Positions 23,100 to 36,430 of a stretch of DNA of 53,611 nucleotides are shown piece by piece (the stretch's first letter is position 1; each line of letters starts with the position of its first letter). The notes below the pieces were generated by a model that saw only the letters and a list, made by a program, of their open reading frames with translations, did no database searches and was not told the DNA's origin. A program made the position numbers and the translations under genes. Location: NCBI GenBank assembly GCA_051294375.1, contig CM119270.1, positions 6,197,744-6,251,354 on the forward strand, in the 5' to 3' direction. This stretch comes from Paraspadella gotoi. Lineage: Eukaryota; Animalia; Chaetognatha.

Positions 23100-26000
23100 G
23101 GAGAAAAACAATAAAGGGGAATCATCTGTACTACGCAAAATTGATTGGAATCCTGAATCTTATGGTCCGAATTAAGCATTGTCATTGTGGTCTCGACTTT
23201 GCTGAGTGTCTGCTGATCGGGAGAAGTGACAATATGGGGTTTTAGTTGTTCTCTTCTGTTAATCCTACTTTTCTGATACTGGTTCATAAAAGGGTTACTG
23301 GCGATCTCTATCCAAGGATTCTGGTCGGTCCTAGCTGGGTTTGGTTTACTGTTCTTTTATCTTATTCATATTTTTCGCGTTGAGTGTATAGGAGATGTTA
23401 GAGAACTGCGGTCTCACAATTGAGGACGAGTGACTGCGTTAGAGCGTACGGTTGGACGTGTTCGAGGCGAAAGATACCATGGAGACGATACGAGGAGAAG
23501 AATGGCCAGAGTAGATGGATTGCTGAGTCGGACTACATGGGAGGATTGTCGGTTGGTCTCTTGAATTTGAGGCTGTATTTCTTTATCAGTACTACCGAAG
23601 GCTGTTTTCCGCCAGTGTCTTTCGCTACTTTGGCTCTGTAGAAAGGAATAATTTCGCAATTCCTTCTGCTAATAGTCTTTGCTATTTAAGTGTCTACATC
23701 TCAGTCTCCTATGTTTCCGGTATTATCGTTTCTCTTGTTCTCTTACGACCATTGTTTTAAAGCAATTGAAACTGCCCCTTAACCTCTCTCTTATGCTTAA
23801 TTTTCTCCTCCATCCTTGAGAGTCCCTCACTCTCTCTCCGTTTCTTCATGCTCTGTATTCGTTTTTTCTGCACAAATCTTTCATTATGCCTTATCTCTTT
23901 GTTTGGTCGCTGTCGGAAGTGCTCGTCCGTCATCCCATCATCATCATTCATTATCGGACCGTCCAATCCTTGGTCCCACTCTGGCTGTGGTCGAGTTGGT
24001 GTGCACTCTTTAGCCGAGGAAAGGGCAAGGTGCCGGGTCTATACTCGCGTCGCCGTATGTCTGCGCGCCCTTGCGCCATGATCTCTCCGGTACGCCCTCT
24101 CTTTCGTTCCTGAATCTATCCCAGTTCTTCGCTTTTAGTCATTTCTGCGTCGAGAAGGAGTATAGTCCCTGCAGGATGCATTGATGATGCCGGGGAATGT
24201 GCAGAATCCTGGAGGAGATGACGACGCCTCGGGGATGGAGAGTCCGGAACGGGATCTCGACTGATTCCGGGGACCGATCACCGGCGGCTGACGCCGGACC
24301 CGGAACGTGGGAATCCTCTCGCACTGACTCCCGGAGAGTCGGGTTCCGGGTCATTTCTCTTCTTGATTTTCTCTCTTCTTGCGCTACCTTCGCATCTCCG
24401 GGCTTGGATGCGATTTAGTTGTCTCTGGCTGACGATCATAGGTTTTCCTGTTAATCCGATGTATCGTGTATGTGTCTTACCGATAGGAGGAGCGGTTTAC
24501 GCGCGTTTGCCTGCGTCGTCGTACTGTGGTGACCTTCGAGATCCTCGCGAATATGTTATCCGCTGCGACAGGGAGAGGAGAAGGTACTAGCCTGCATTTG
24601 ATCGACGAAGGAATGATTTTATTGCTCTTTACGGCAATACTTAGTTGTCTAAAATCATCGGTGCTTTTGTATTTGGTTCTAGGTCTCAGGGATTGTTGTT
24701 AAGAGGAGGCTATTGGGCGCCTGACGGAGCCGGTGGTTATTTGAGGTTGGCGGACGGGTTTGTATATGGATTAAACGGCCGCTCCTTCATCTGTTACCAT
24801 TTTTTAGCTTTCGATGGCTCTTGAGCAATCTGTTTGACCCACAGATGAGTACCTCCGGAAGACTGGTAGGCCGCGGAACTGGGAGGAGGTAAGACGGCAG
24901 CTGGGTCCACCAAGCTGACGTTTCGCCATTTTACGTGTAGATCTGACGCGTTCCGCTCTTTTTCTTCTGATTTTCGGCGTCACCATAGCCAGCGTTTAAA
25001 GAATGCCTAGCTTTTCGACCCGAGAATCCGAACCGTGTCGCGTTTCGGACGAATATACGCATGCGACGGGCGTCGAATTAGAGCATTGAGTACTGCGCGA
25101 CGATGAACTAACGACGATGAGAGCACGCGCGTAGGCAGAGAAGGGCGAGCATCCACGTCAACCACACAGCTGGTCAGTTGTTTTTACGGGACGATAAGCA
25201 TCGTCACTTAGATACAGTTCTGCAGTAAGCAAGCCTGACATCACGCCAGTATAACGGCACACCAGAGCAGGACGCGCGTAGCCGAACAGCTGTGTGGGCG
25301 GTTGAAGTTTTTGACCTCGACATTAGACTAACGTTTTTGTGTTTAATTTTACTACAAATGCCTTGGTCACCGTATGTCGTTTTTGTAAGACAATCGTTTT
25401 GGGCGAGCCTAAAATATAGAGATTACAGTAAAATATAACTAAAATTTAATAGCTTAAATGCATAGCGGTCAAGGTCATAATAATCTTGCTTATTATATTT
25501 GTCTTCATAATATTGCCAAATTAATATTGTATTTCATTACGTTATAAGTTTCTTGGTATTTGGCGGTGGTTATTGGTCTATGTGTGTATGGTAAATGGTT
25601 AGGAATCATGAGAAAAATTATGAGGTAAGGGATTTTTTACACAGATATCTATTGAATTTCGTTATTATTCGATAAGAACATAGGAACGTCTATCTTTCTA
25701 GTCTGTTCGATCTGAGCGACGATGGAGACTTTTAATACTTATCGATTTTATTGTTTCGGATATTACATATCATTACTATTAGTTTCTCTATGCCTTTGTA
25801 TATCCATACTGTATACGGTATATCGACATTGTTTTTTCTCAGCTAATCTTTATTTTCTTTTTCACTATTTTCTTTATGCAACATCCTTAGGTAATTTGCT
25901 CTTACATGTCGATTCTCTTTTTTCTTTTCTTTTATTTTCTTTACTCGATTTATTCTCATTTCTGGGCAGTGTGATAATGCTAAATGTTCATCTTTATGAA

Positions 26001-29000
26001 ATATTGTTACAAATCATTGTTAACCGAGTGTATGTCAGTGGTCCTTCCACCTTGACTGTATCTTCTCGTTTTTGTTATTCCAAACAACTTCTGATCTATT
26101 TTTTCACATCGTCTAGAGAGGAAAGTTTTCATTCATCTTCTTCATTTTTTCTATATTTCGCCTTTTTTCTCCGGTCAACTAGTACAATTAATTATTTCAA
26201 AACTCTACAAGATTGTGATTCTTATTTTTTCTCATATTCCTTCCAAGGAAACCAGGTAGATTCTAATCTAAATCGATCATTGTCGATCTTAATAATTGTC
26301 TACTCTTCTCTTTTGAAACTCTCTCATGATCAATTCTAAATACGGTTCCCTTCACACACTTTAGAGTTCGAGTCCTTGCGGGCTCTAGTGAAACAATGTT
26401 CATTTCTGTTTACGTTCGCATAAAAACCGTTACCACATTTTTCGATGAATGGTATGTTAGCGATTTCTATTCCTTTATTCCGCAAGTTTCCTTGATTCTG
26501 GTTCAACTACCGTGTCGTTTATGGTGTACAATGCAAACTTACTTGATTAAATCCATGATTTACGTTTCTTCTCAGTGCAAGATGTAAATATCAAAACGAG
26601 TTCGTCTCGGGAAGAAGAGCTAAAATTAAACGTTTTACGATAAAGAAGAATTACAGGTACTGACAAACTATTTTGCTCGGATAGGTTCCTTGCGGATGTT
26701 GCCTCACAAGAAGTGAGAGACAATATCGAGAGGTTTCTAGGGACCTGGGTGGGGTAAAACGATTAAACATCTCTAGGCAAAGGAATATCTGGGACTGCGA
26801 TAAGAAGCGAGCGAGGATCTTATCACCACTAGGTTGTAATCGGCCTCTCTTACGTTCGCATCTCTCGGGTGTTCTTGAGTCCAGAGAGCTAGCTTTCCAA
26901 CGATATTTGTTTAGTACTAGTTACTTTTTATTTATACAAGGTTTCACTCTTTATAAAATGTTATTTGTTGTTTGAATAGTGGCGTACGCATCTAAGTGAA
27001 TCGAATATTGATATGGACAGTCTTCTATTTCTTTTTGTTATGGGGCCGTACCGGAGTGGTATAAGAGAATAGGCCTCTGGACTACTCGTGTCTGCGGGTT
27101 CCGCGTCAGCCCTGTGTCTGCCTCGGCTTCCGGCTTTTCTTCTTCCTCGTGTCGTCTCGTTCGTCGTCTTAGAAATCCCGTTCAGGTCGTGTCGCTCGTA
27201 CTCGGTTCACATGTTCGTACCCGGAAATAATATAGTTATTTCTCATCGGTTGTTCGGAGCGACGGGGTTTTTTTCGTGTCTTTCGTCTGTAAAAATAATA
27301 TGCGTCACCTGGCCGTTTACTATTGTCAGATACTATCTCATCAGGTACTCAGTGCTCATCTTAGCGGCATTGAACAGCGCGGCTATAAATAAAGCCATGG
27401 ACGAAATAGTAGGAGAGATGTAGAGAAAGGCGTTATCTCAGGGAGATACTTCTTGTTTGTCAGTTGTCATTAGTCGATGACGAAGCATGAAAATAGTAGG
27501 ACTCGATATGAGTATGAAGAGCGATTAGGCCTATAAGCGCGCGTCGGACCACATGGGGGTAGAAGGACTGTAGAGCTGATGTGAGTGTTATGTGTAACGG
27601 GGCCAGCGTCGGATTACTAGTAACGCGACGAATGTTTATTTTCCTGCATTCGGAATATTTTGGAGCACGCGCCAATCGAATGAGACTTCCGGGCGCAGTA
27701 TGTTTTTCATCATTATCGGTATTCGCAGCCATTACTCCTATCTGATGAGCATAAGGAGTAGTTATTGACAAGCAACAACATACTGAAGACATCAGAGAGA
27801 ACCTTATAATAATTAATTTTATATAGTACTCCATTGAGGTATTGTGCACGTTTCTCATATTATAATATTATTTATTGATTGAAGTTGATATACTTCTTAA
27901 CACTTGTACATAATATGGACACTTATATACAACTATTATATTTCCTTGCGCACATCTTTTGGCGAGCTACTTTTTTTGTTGATTCTCTGAACCTCTTTCA
28001 TCAAAATCCTCCCTCTTTATTTATTTTATTTCACTCTGATTTGAAATGAAAGACAAGATAGGACGAGCAAGAGATGAAAGAACTTCGATAGCGAGCCCAT
28101 CCGCTGGAGTCAGCAAATATCGCAAATACATGACTTCCGCAAAAAGCAACTTTAGGCGACAGTTGTCCCCTGACGGAGAGAGGCATTATGATGCTAACAT
28201 CCACTATAACAATTTAAAAATTGTTACTTTTACTTTTCGCCGACCGGGGTTAGGGTGGTTAATAGTGATTTAGGCGTTCTTTTTTCAGGGTTTAAGAGGG
28301 TTTTAAGGTAATATTTTTTTTTTAAATACAATAGAGTTTTTTAAAAATTGATATTGTTTTTCTCAAAAAGCCGGCCATACACGCCGGTCGGCCGAAAGTA
28401 AAATATAGCTACAAGTGTCCGTAGCCGTGTAGCTCCTTAGTTTGATTTATTAAATTGCAATGTGAATAATTTTAATACTTTGTTGTGGATTTACCATTAT
28501 TTCATACAATGATTTTGGAAAGATAAGTGTTAAACAATCTTTTTAAACAGTTCTAAAATAAAAAATTAAATGTACAAAATATTAATTTAATATTAATAGT
28601 ACATACACTTAGCATGTAAATTAATCAACAATTGAAATACAATAATCAAGAGGGACGAAGGAGCAAGGATGAGTCAAGAAGAGAAAGAGCAAGAGTGCGC
28701 ACGAAAGAGTGGAGAAAGAGACGCACGAGTACTTTCAGCTTCCCAGTCGCTGCATCGAGTCTCTAACTCGTTTTTGTGAACGAATTCTCATAGTGTCACG
28801 TTCAGAGGTACTGTAGAAAAAAGAGTATGTCTAGCTGAGCACGAACATGGAGCCACTCGCGCTCTCCTAGAGTCTTTCTAAAGATTGCTGAGAGTAAAAA
28901 TGGTCGAAATTCCTGTCTGGCACTCGATCCCGCTCTGATACGTAGATCAATCGTATCGCTATGTTGATATATCAGCCTCGATCCTGGCTACTCTTATTCT

Positions 29001-32000
29001 CATCGCGCTACTGTCGGCTTGGATTAGTCACAGTGCGGCGATCGGAGCGGTAGCGAAGCATTTAAAGAGTGGCGAGGATAGGCCCTCGCTCAGGTGAGAC
29101 GTATGGAGAGGAGCCATGATAAGAGGATCTACGGAAGTCTCAAGACAAAATGTTGAGCATATCCATACCTTATTCATCGAATATCGGAGAAAGTTCTATC
29201 ATTTCATCATCTTATGAAAGTATCACTACGGTACTAATTTATTGAGTTCTAAAATGTTCTCACTGTTCTTCGCTAATATCTATATCATATGTTAGCTAAA
29301 TTTTTTTCTTACTCTGTCAGTACACCATAGACGTTTATCTCGGGTCTACTCATTTGCTCTTGCGCAGATATTCTGTACTTGTGAATATATTTAGGTAGAT
29401 TATACGAAGGAACGGGGAGAGAACGAATATATATTAATGTATTTCTATCGATGCTTTCGTGTTGGTCCGGGCTTTGTGTGTCGGTTCAGAAGCAGACGGC
29501 TGTATGGGCGCTGAGCAGTAATCGCCAAACTCTGTGTACGAGAGACAGTTGTATCAGGCGGTTTATTTGTCACCAGAGTTTAACAGGTCAGGAAAATTTT
29601 TGTGGATCCGATTTTGATTAATTCTGGGGTAAGTCAGTTGATCTAGATATTTCTTATATGTTTTTTAGTCGTATTGAGTTTTTCATCCTTTGTCGTAGTA
29701 CTGCTATACCGCTGTATTCATCCAGGGGTCGTTGCCATTGTACTCGCTTGTTCCAAGGGTCATCTGGTTCGATTTTATTGGCTATTAATGTGTATTAATA
29801 CATTGTAGTCTATTCGTACGTGAATCGTTGCTCGTTAGGGTCGGAGTGATCTCCTGTTTCCATTTACTTCGATTCGTTTACTGATCATGCTGAAATGGAT
29901 ACACTGAGATAGAATACGTTGCATTCCATTAGCCGGCGCGGCTAGCTGGATTCACATCGGCATAACGTATCGGGTAGACGAGTGATGGATTTTGGAGGAA
30001 TTATGCAGACACAACTTGGGCAGACTTAAGGGAGATTGAGGGTGAAGCGTATCGAAAACTTGGAGAGTGCAATATATGATATAGATACGCGTAATCATTT
30101 ATGACAGAGTAGGTGCAAGAAAAGGATTTTGAAGCAGTCACACATAAGGAGTTGATATACTGTGCGAATTTATAATTATATGTTGGCGTCAGGGTCGATA
30201 ACGTGTTATGTTTACGCAGATAAGATCATACACAAAATTACTCAAATGTTTGTGGTAGTGTTCTTTCTTAAGATTTCTCAACGAGTTCAATTATTAGAAA
30301 TAGGGTTAAGCTTATTCAACTACTTATGAAGTATATTGAGATGAATATTGCAATAATTATATATTGTTATCCGGCTGAGGTGGTTCCGCTTAGATTATCT
30401 AAGCGGCTTTAGGCATTCGTAAGTTCACGATCGAGACATATATTCAGGATCTACCGTTTGAGCATTAGACGAGAGCCATACGATTATATTATAGCTTCTG
30501 CTAAGATTCAAATTTGAGCTTTTCGATAGGCGACCTCTCGAATTTGAAGGTTCTCATTAGGACGTCTTTGCAGCAAATTGAGTGACCTCTCCGCAATTAA
30601 GCGTGTTTTTTTTATATTGGGCGTATTGTTAAGACGTTTTGCTTAAACTCACTAATCCAGGCTAAACAGATTTTTATATAATATGGCACTTCTTGGGAAA
30701 ACACCTTTTTAACAATAGGCAAATAGTATGCTCATTTTCAAGATTTTTAAGTGTATCTTATTTTGATCTGATGGTTTTCCCAAGAAGTTATGATCTTCTT
30801 CACTTATAAGAATTAGTTTATAAATGTTAGACATACCTATCGAGAACATATTCAAATGGCATTGGCTCTAGACAATAGAGTGAATAGTTTAGTATTTTCT
30901 TATTTTGTATAGCAAATAAATTTAAGAGAGAGAAGAGTTAAATTTTCGAGTTTTATATAATGAGCCTAGATTTTTATCAAATCTGTTCATATCAATGTAT
31001 TATATGGTCTACTGAAAGCATAATAAGGATCAGTAGGAGAGGAGCAGTTACATCGTGCGTACAGAGGAAGGTACAGACGCTTTGGAAGAAGCTACCACAA
31101 TGTGGACGCAAAATTCAGATGACAGGTGAGTATTAGGTCATAGAGGAGAGAGTGTGTACTTGAGGATTGCTGACACGGACAGAGAAGTCTGATATCTATA
31201 TAAGACAGGGGATGGATTTTTTAGAGCACGGAAGATGAGGTGACAGAGAGAAGCTATCTAGTGTGGAGAAAGAACGCGAAAGAAAGTACGTAGATTTATC
31301 TACTCAAAAAATCTAGGATTTCTTTCATGAGCGAAAGATCTAGAATAACTTAATCACCGTATTTATTTGGCGAATCCCGCCGCGATCTAAATAGCACTTT
31401 CAATATATGCCATGGCAATGTGCGGTGGAGGGCAATTTTTCTGCCATTATAGATAACATCGTAGATCGACTTATTTCTTTTGCCTTTTAGGAAACTCATA
31501 AAACTATCAGGGGGGGTGGGGGGCGCGCCGGTGGGCGGGGGGGGGGGCGGGGGGGGGGGGTGCGCGGGGTCGAGGGGGGGGGGGGGGGGGGTGCTGGGGG
31601 GCGTAGCGAAGAACATTTCGGCATCTTCTTCAAGTAAATAATTTTATATCTATCTTTCTAATTATATGATTTTCCTTCTTGTAATTTTGCAGTGAAGAAT
31701 CCACGATGAAAGTTTCAAATTCAAGTTCCTTCAAATCACGAAAATAAAGAGAAAATTAAGCTTTTTGAAATAATTTAATATCTCTCTAATGAAAGGTATC
31801 CATAGATTTATCTACCTCTCTTTCATCTTAGACTTTAAGCTTGGGGTCTAAATATGTCATTTGCTGTTGCATAGTTGCGCTATTGGCCGACGCAGTTACG
31901 CATACGGCGCGGAGCAGTGATTGAGTTTGGGGTCCTTCAAGACGGGTATTCTTTGCATAGGGGTTTCGACTCGTGTCCGTGCGGTCTGTCGTCGTCGGTC

Positions 32001-32700
32001 GTCGTCTGAGATGCTCTTCATTCTGGCGGGTCCTTTTTTCTATTGCATTGTCCACAATCTGGGAGTTTGTTGTCACATACGTAGACTTATTGAGTTAGTC
32101 GTCTATTTTCTTTATGTTTAAATTGTCCTTGTAAATGAAATCGTACTTATGTCTAGGAGTTTCGTGAGTCATAAGTTCATAATTACCTTTAGCGTTAACA
32201 CCCTTGTCGCCTATAGAGAACCAATAATATTTAGTCGCTCATAGTCGATATACTTTCTTTCCTTTTTTTTCTTTCATTTCTTTTAATTTGTCCCGTTTAA
32301 CTAATAATTTATCCTATACTATTAATATAACAAAATCGAAATTTAGAGGTACATAGCTACATATATATTAGTTGTATACATTTTCATATATAATATACTT
32401 GTTAGCCTTATTTTCTTGCCTGCTTGCTTATTGGATTAGGTTTGGAACTGGCATTTATGGCTATCTTTCTCAATTATACAGTTTCCTTCATCTCTATGTC
32501 TTGCTATACTGGGACCAGAGTGTGCTACAGCTTTTCTCATTATAGTATGGGCTACTCACTCAAGTGGTGTAGCCTTAATTCATCCTCACCAGATGTGACG
32601 ATGGATTCCCCACTATATATATCATCCCATGGGGTTTATATGACTTGATCATATAAGAACATTGCAGATATATTAATAATTTTTATTATAAAAGGATCTC
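23100..32700 (+). repeat. Highly insertion-rich direct copy of ~15800-21750 (probable raw low-quality read)
   Basis: Colinear anchors: TTTGTTTGGTC.CTGTCG 23898/16285; GAGATC..AATATGTTA 24538/16550; CTTCTGATTTTCGGCGTC 24964/16784; TCGGAGCGACGGGGTTTTTT 27254/17836; CGTGCGGTC 31978/21112; AAATGAAA..TAGGAGT..GTGAGTC 32133/21295. Confidence 0.75.
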
Positions 32701-33199
32701 CATATTTCTCACCGCTCTTTAGTACTTATTATTAAGTAGATCAGGAGAGGAGAAATCTAGAACCTATTGTACCATAACATATAATTATTTCCTTATTCTA
32801 TATTTTTCAGTTTTGTGTATGACCGCTTGGATCCTTTCCCTATCTCTCATATATTTTTCTACTTTCCTGAGTTCTCTGTATTTTATAATCTGATTTTTTT
32901 CAATTCCATTTTTTAGGAGTTGGAGAATCCATAACTCCAATTACTAGGTGAGAACTATACAGACAGATAGGCACAAGAAGCACATTTTTTTATCTTTAAA
33001 AGAGATCTCTGTGTAGATCAGTGAGATTGTTTACATAAGAGCGGTACCTCTTGTATCCATTCTCTTCTAATATATCATAATATACGTTGCATCTCATATT
33101 CTTTCCTCCATTCTCGAGTACAGTATAGAACTCGGATCACTTATATCATCCAGTTTCCTTCACCCACCAAACTTGCGTGGGTGGCGGAGTGGTGGGGAG

Positions 33200-36100
33200 A
33201 GAGTAAGGTTAAAAAATATTAAAATTATTGTGTTTTTATTTTTTATTGATTTTTGTTTTTATATATTTTTTGGTATTTTATATAAATTTGAGGCAAATGG
33301 TTTTTTGTTTAACAACGAATTTTTTTTTATTTTTCATAGAAAAAAACGGACATTGTTTTGGCTTTTAGTTGGCAAGCCTTCTTCAGCGTTAACAATTAAA
33401 TTATAGTTTTTCTGAATTTTGATCAACTTTTAATCACTTTGTATAATTTTGAATATAAAAATTATTTTTTCTTATATCGCTAACTTTTTGCTCAAGGACA
33501 TACAAATCCAGGAATTAATTTTTTTTTAAATTTATTTTTAATTTTAAATTAATTTTTATTCATAATTATTAATAAACATAATTAACTTTTTATAAAATAT
33601 AAAATTTAAAAAATAACTTACCAAAATATTTTTATAAGTCTTTATTTTATATTTACAAAAGCTCAATATTAATTTTATAAATTTTAATTAATTTAATTTT
33701 CATAACTTATAGATGTTTTGCGATTTTATTACAAATTTTATATAATATAAAATCGTCATTGTTTTGACAAGAAAGATAAAATCATACAAAAATGGTCATC
33801 CACCATCGAATTCTAACAGACTAGTTTACCCTAAATTAGCTATGTACCTTATTCGATTTGTTATATTATGTTAATATTTTACTTATTTTTAAATGCCCTA
33901 CTAACTTAAAAGGGCCGTAGTAAAATTTCCTGAAGTTTTAATTTAATTAAAAATTCTAAAAGTGAGAATGAACAACATTATACTTATAAACATTTATGTA
34001 ATAAAAAAATTTCTAATAAATTTTTATAAATTTATACTATGATACTGAACAATAAAGTGTTAAAATTTCAAAAACAGTTTTTTCTAAGATTTTTTGACAG
34101 ATTTGATTCGTCATAAAAAAGTTGATAAAAAGAAAGAAAACTCTTTTTGAAAAAATTTCCTTCATTAAATAGGTAAAAATTAGAAAAAGCTTTATTTAAG
34201 CTGAAAATAACTTTTTACTATATTATTATAATAGTTTTCTTTAAAATTTTTAACGCTCACTTAATGAAAGAAATTTTTTAAAAGATGATTTATATTTTTC
34301 TTTTTGACGAGGAATTCAAATGCTGGCAATCAAAATAAGAAAAGCCTATTTTGAAATTTTTTTCGATTTTATAAGGAGAGGTACTATATATAAATAAGCA
34401 TATGACTGTACTGCGCGAAAAACTAAAAAAAGCAAAATTAACATTTTTTTTTACAAAACTAATGTGTCCACTGATGGTAATGTTGTCATTAATTGAAACT
34501 TTTAGAAAATTTTTGGTATGTAACTTTTCACTACGCCTTTACTAACTATCCCTAACCCTAAACCACCCCTAAAGCTACCCTTAACTAAGTGGCTTAGCCA
34601 CTCAAATTCAAATTTTAATAGAAACAGCATTAAACTAATCTTAATTGGTTATTAGTTATCTGGTTTAAAAAAGTATTTTTTGGGCATAAAGTCCCGAACC
34701 ATGAAAGTAGATTAGTTTAATTAAATTATTTTATTGCTATATAAATGTCCAAAAATTTTTTTGGATTTTGAAATTTTTTAAGATTGATTTCGATAGAATC
34801 AAAAAGTTAACTAAATATAATTAGCAACAACTTTTTTAAAATGTTGATGTTTATTATTTTATTCCATTTTTCTTCAGAAATGTATGAAGTGTTCATTTGG
34901 AAGAGTTCACAAATTAAACTTCTGACCCACCCCCTTTGACAAAGTTTGGCTTTCAAACCATCTTTTTCCTTTACAGTTACAGCAAAAAAAAACAAACAAA
35001 AAGAACAAAAAAACCTAAATTGATATAATAATTATTCATGAAAAAACTGAATATCTTGTCCGTAAAGATTTCTCTTTTCAAAAAGTAAAAATCTTTACAC
35101 GTTTTTGCCACAGACGGAACAGACAGAGATGTAAAGTCATTTTTTTTGCATGAGGATTTATCATAATTCTGTGTCTCGACATGATATAAGTGATTTTATA
35201 GAGTCGGCGATCGTGCTGATAGAGCCAATTCAGACTAAAAAAGAAAATAGAAGCGAGCTCTAGGGACAAGAGGCTTTCGACATCTCATAATTTGACAGTC
35301 CGCATTTATAATGCTAGCATACTCGTATCCGCGTTTGTAATTTTAAAGAAGTGAAATTTCCCTTTCATTTCTAAACTAAGCAAACGAGTTAGAAAATTCT
35401 CTGGAGATGAGTAATTATTTCTCCTGCCATTGTTTGATAATCAAAATCTTTATCAATGCCAGTAAGAAAATATTAACGAGTTCTTGAGATGCAAGCTGTC
35501 GAAATCGTAAATTTTAATTTTAAAGCGATATTTTTGCCTAAACTAACGCTTTAATAGCCTAATTAGAATATTTTTAGACTTTATCGTAGAGTTTGGAAAA
35601 AATGACTTTTTTATGAAAATATCTTTGGAGAATATATATCTAGAAATGAACAAATAATAATAATACCCATTTTGACTGTTATATTGTCAAAGACGTCTAT
35701 ATTTTATTTAAAATTGTAACTAGGACAGTAAAACAACCAGGAATCCCGCAGTAGCAGTAATAATTTCCCATATACTCATAAGTATGAACCCCTTTAGTTA
35801 AGCAAACTACTAATTTTATTTTCAAACATATAAATGATCAAGTCTGTTCAATTAATATAAATTTCAATGATAAGTAACGGGCTTATTCATGTGAGCATAA
35901 AACATCGTTTTCGGAGGATATGGGTTCTTGTGCCGAAAAATGGGAAGTAGGCTTGCGTCAGAGGATTCATATGAAATATATTTTTTAGAATAACGTTGCT
36001 TTATTAAAGTGACCGTAATTTCTGAGTGTTTCACGTGACTTACACCAATTATGAAACATTCACAAGAAAGCATTTACCGATACATTATGCAGTCAATAGC

Positions 36101-36430
36101 TAGGATTCTGTAATTATGAATTAAATGCCGCATTGAATTTCTGGTCATATGATTAGCCTTTTTTGGTCATTATGTGAACTGGCACAACTGCTAAAATTTG
36201 ACTTGTTCACGCAAAAAAAAAAACCTTTATTAGAAGTAATCAATACAGTCCCATCAAAATATACAAACAAAAAAGAATTCGTAATATTGCATGCAAGTTG
36301 GTGCACTAAAATCGCGCCAACCGCATATTCATATTGCAGCGGCCGATGTGGTGTGCCAGCAGGCAAGCTCATTTTCTGTCTCTCCAACTCCAAAGGTCCG
36401 GGGTCTCTGCGTGCAGAAGGCGCCTCGGGT
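33200..36430. other. AT-rich block compositionally unlike its surroundings
   Basis: Very A/T-rich, lacks the AG and TCG microsatellites that pervade the rest of the window, has no match noticed elsewhere in it, and is bounded by noise-like sequence. Confidence 0.6.

Noticed and set aside
25722-26339. 205-aa hydrophobic ORF resembling a membrane or mitochondrial protein
   Set aside because: It lies in the noisy echo at the position matching the T/C-rich tract ~17340-17730; hydrophobicity follows from T-richness and there is no recognisable motif.
31509-31602. Poly-G / G-quadruplex element (also 38320-38530)
   Set aside because: Falls in the low-quality block; the better copies (around 20.8-21.0 kb and 22.3-22.45 kb) lack such G runs, so it is probably artefactual.
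34550-34585. Interstitial telomeric repeat (CCTAACCCTAAACC)
   Set aside because: Only about two imperfect units; not distinguishable from chance.
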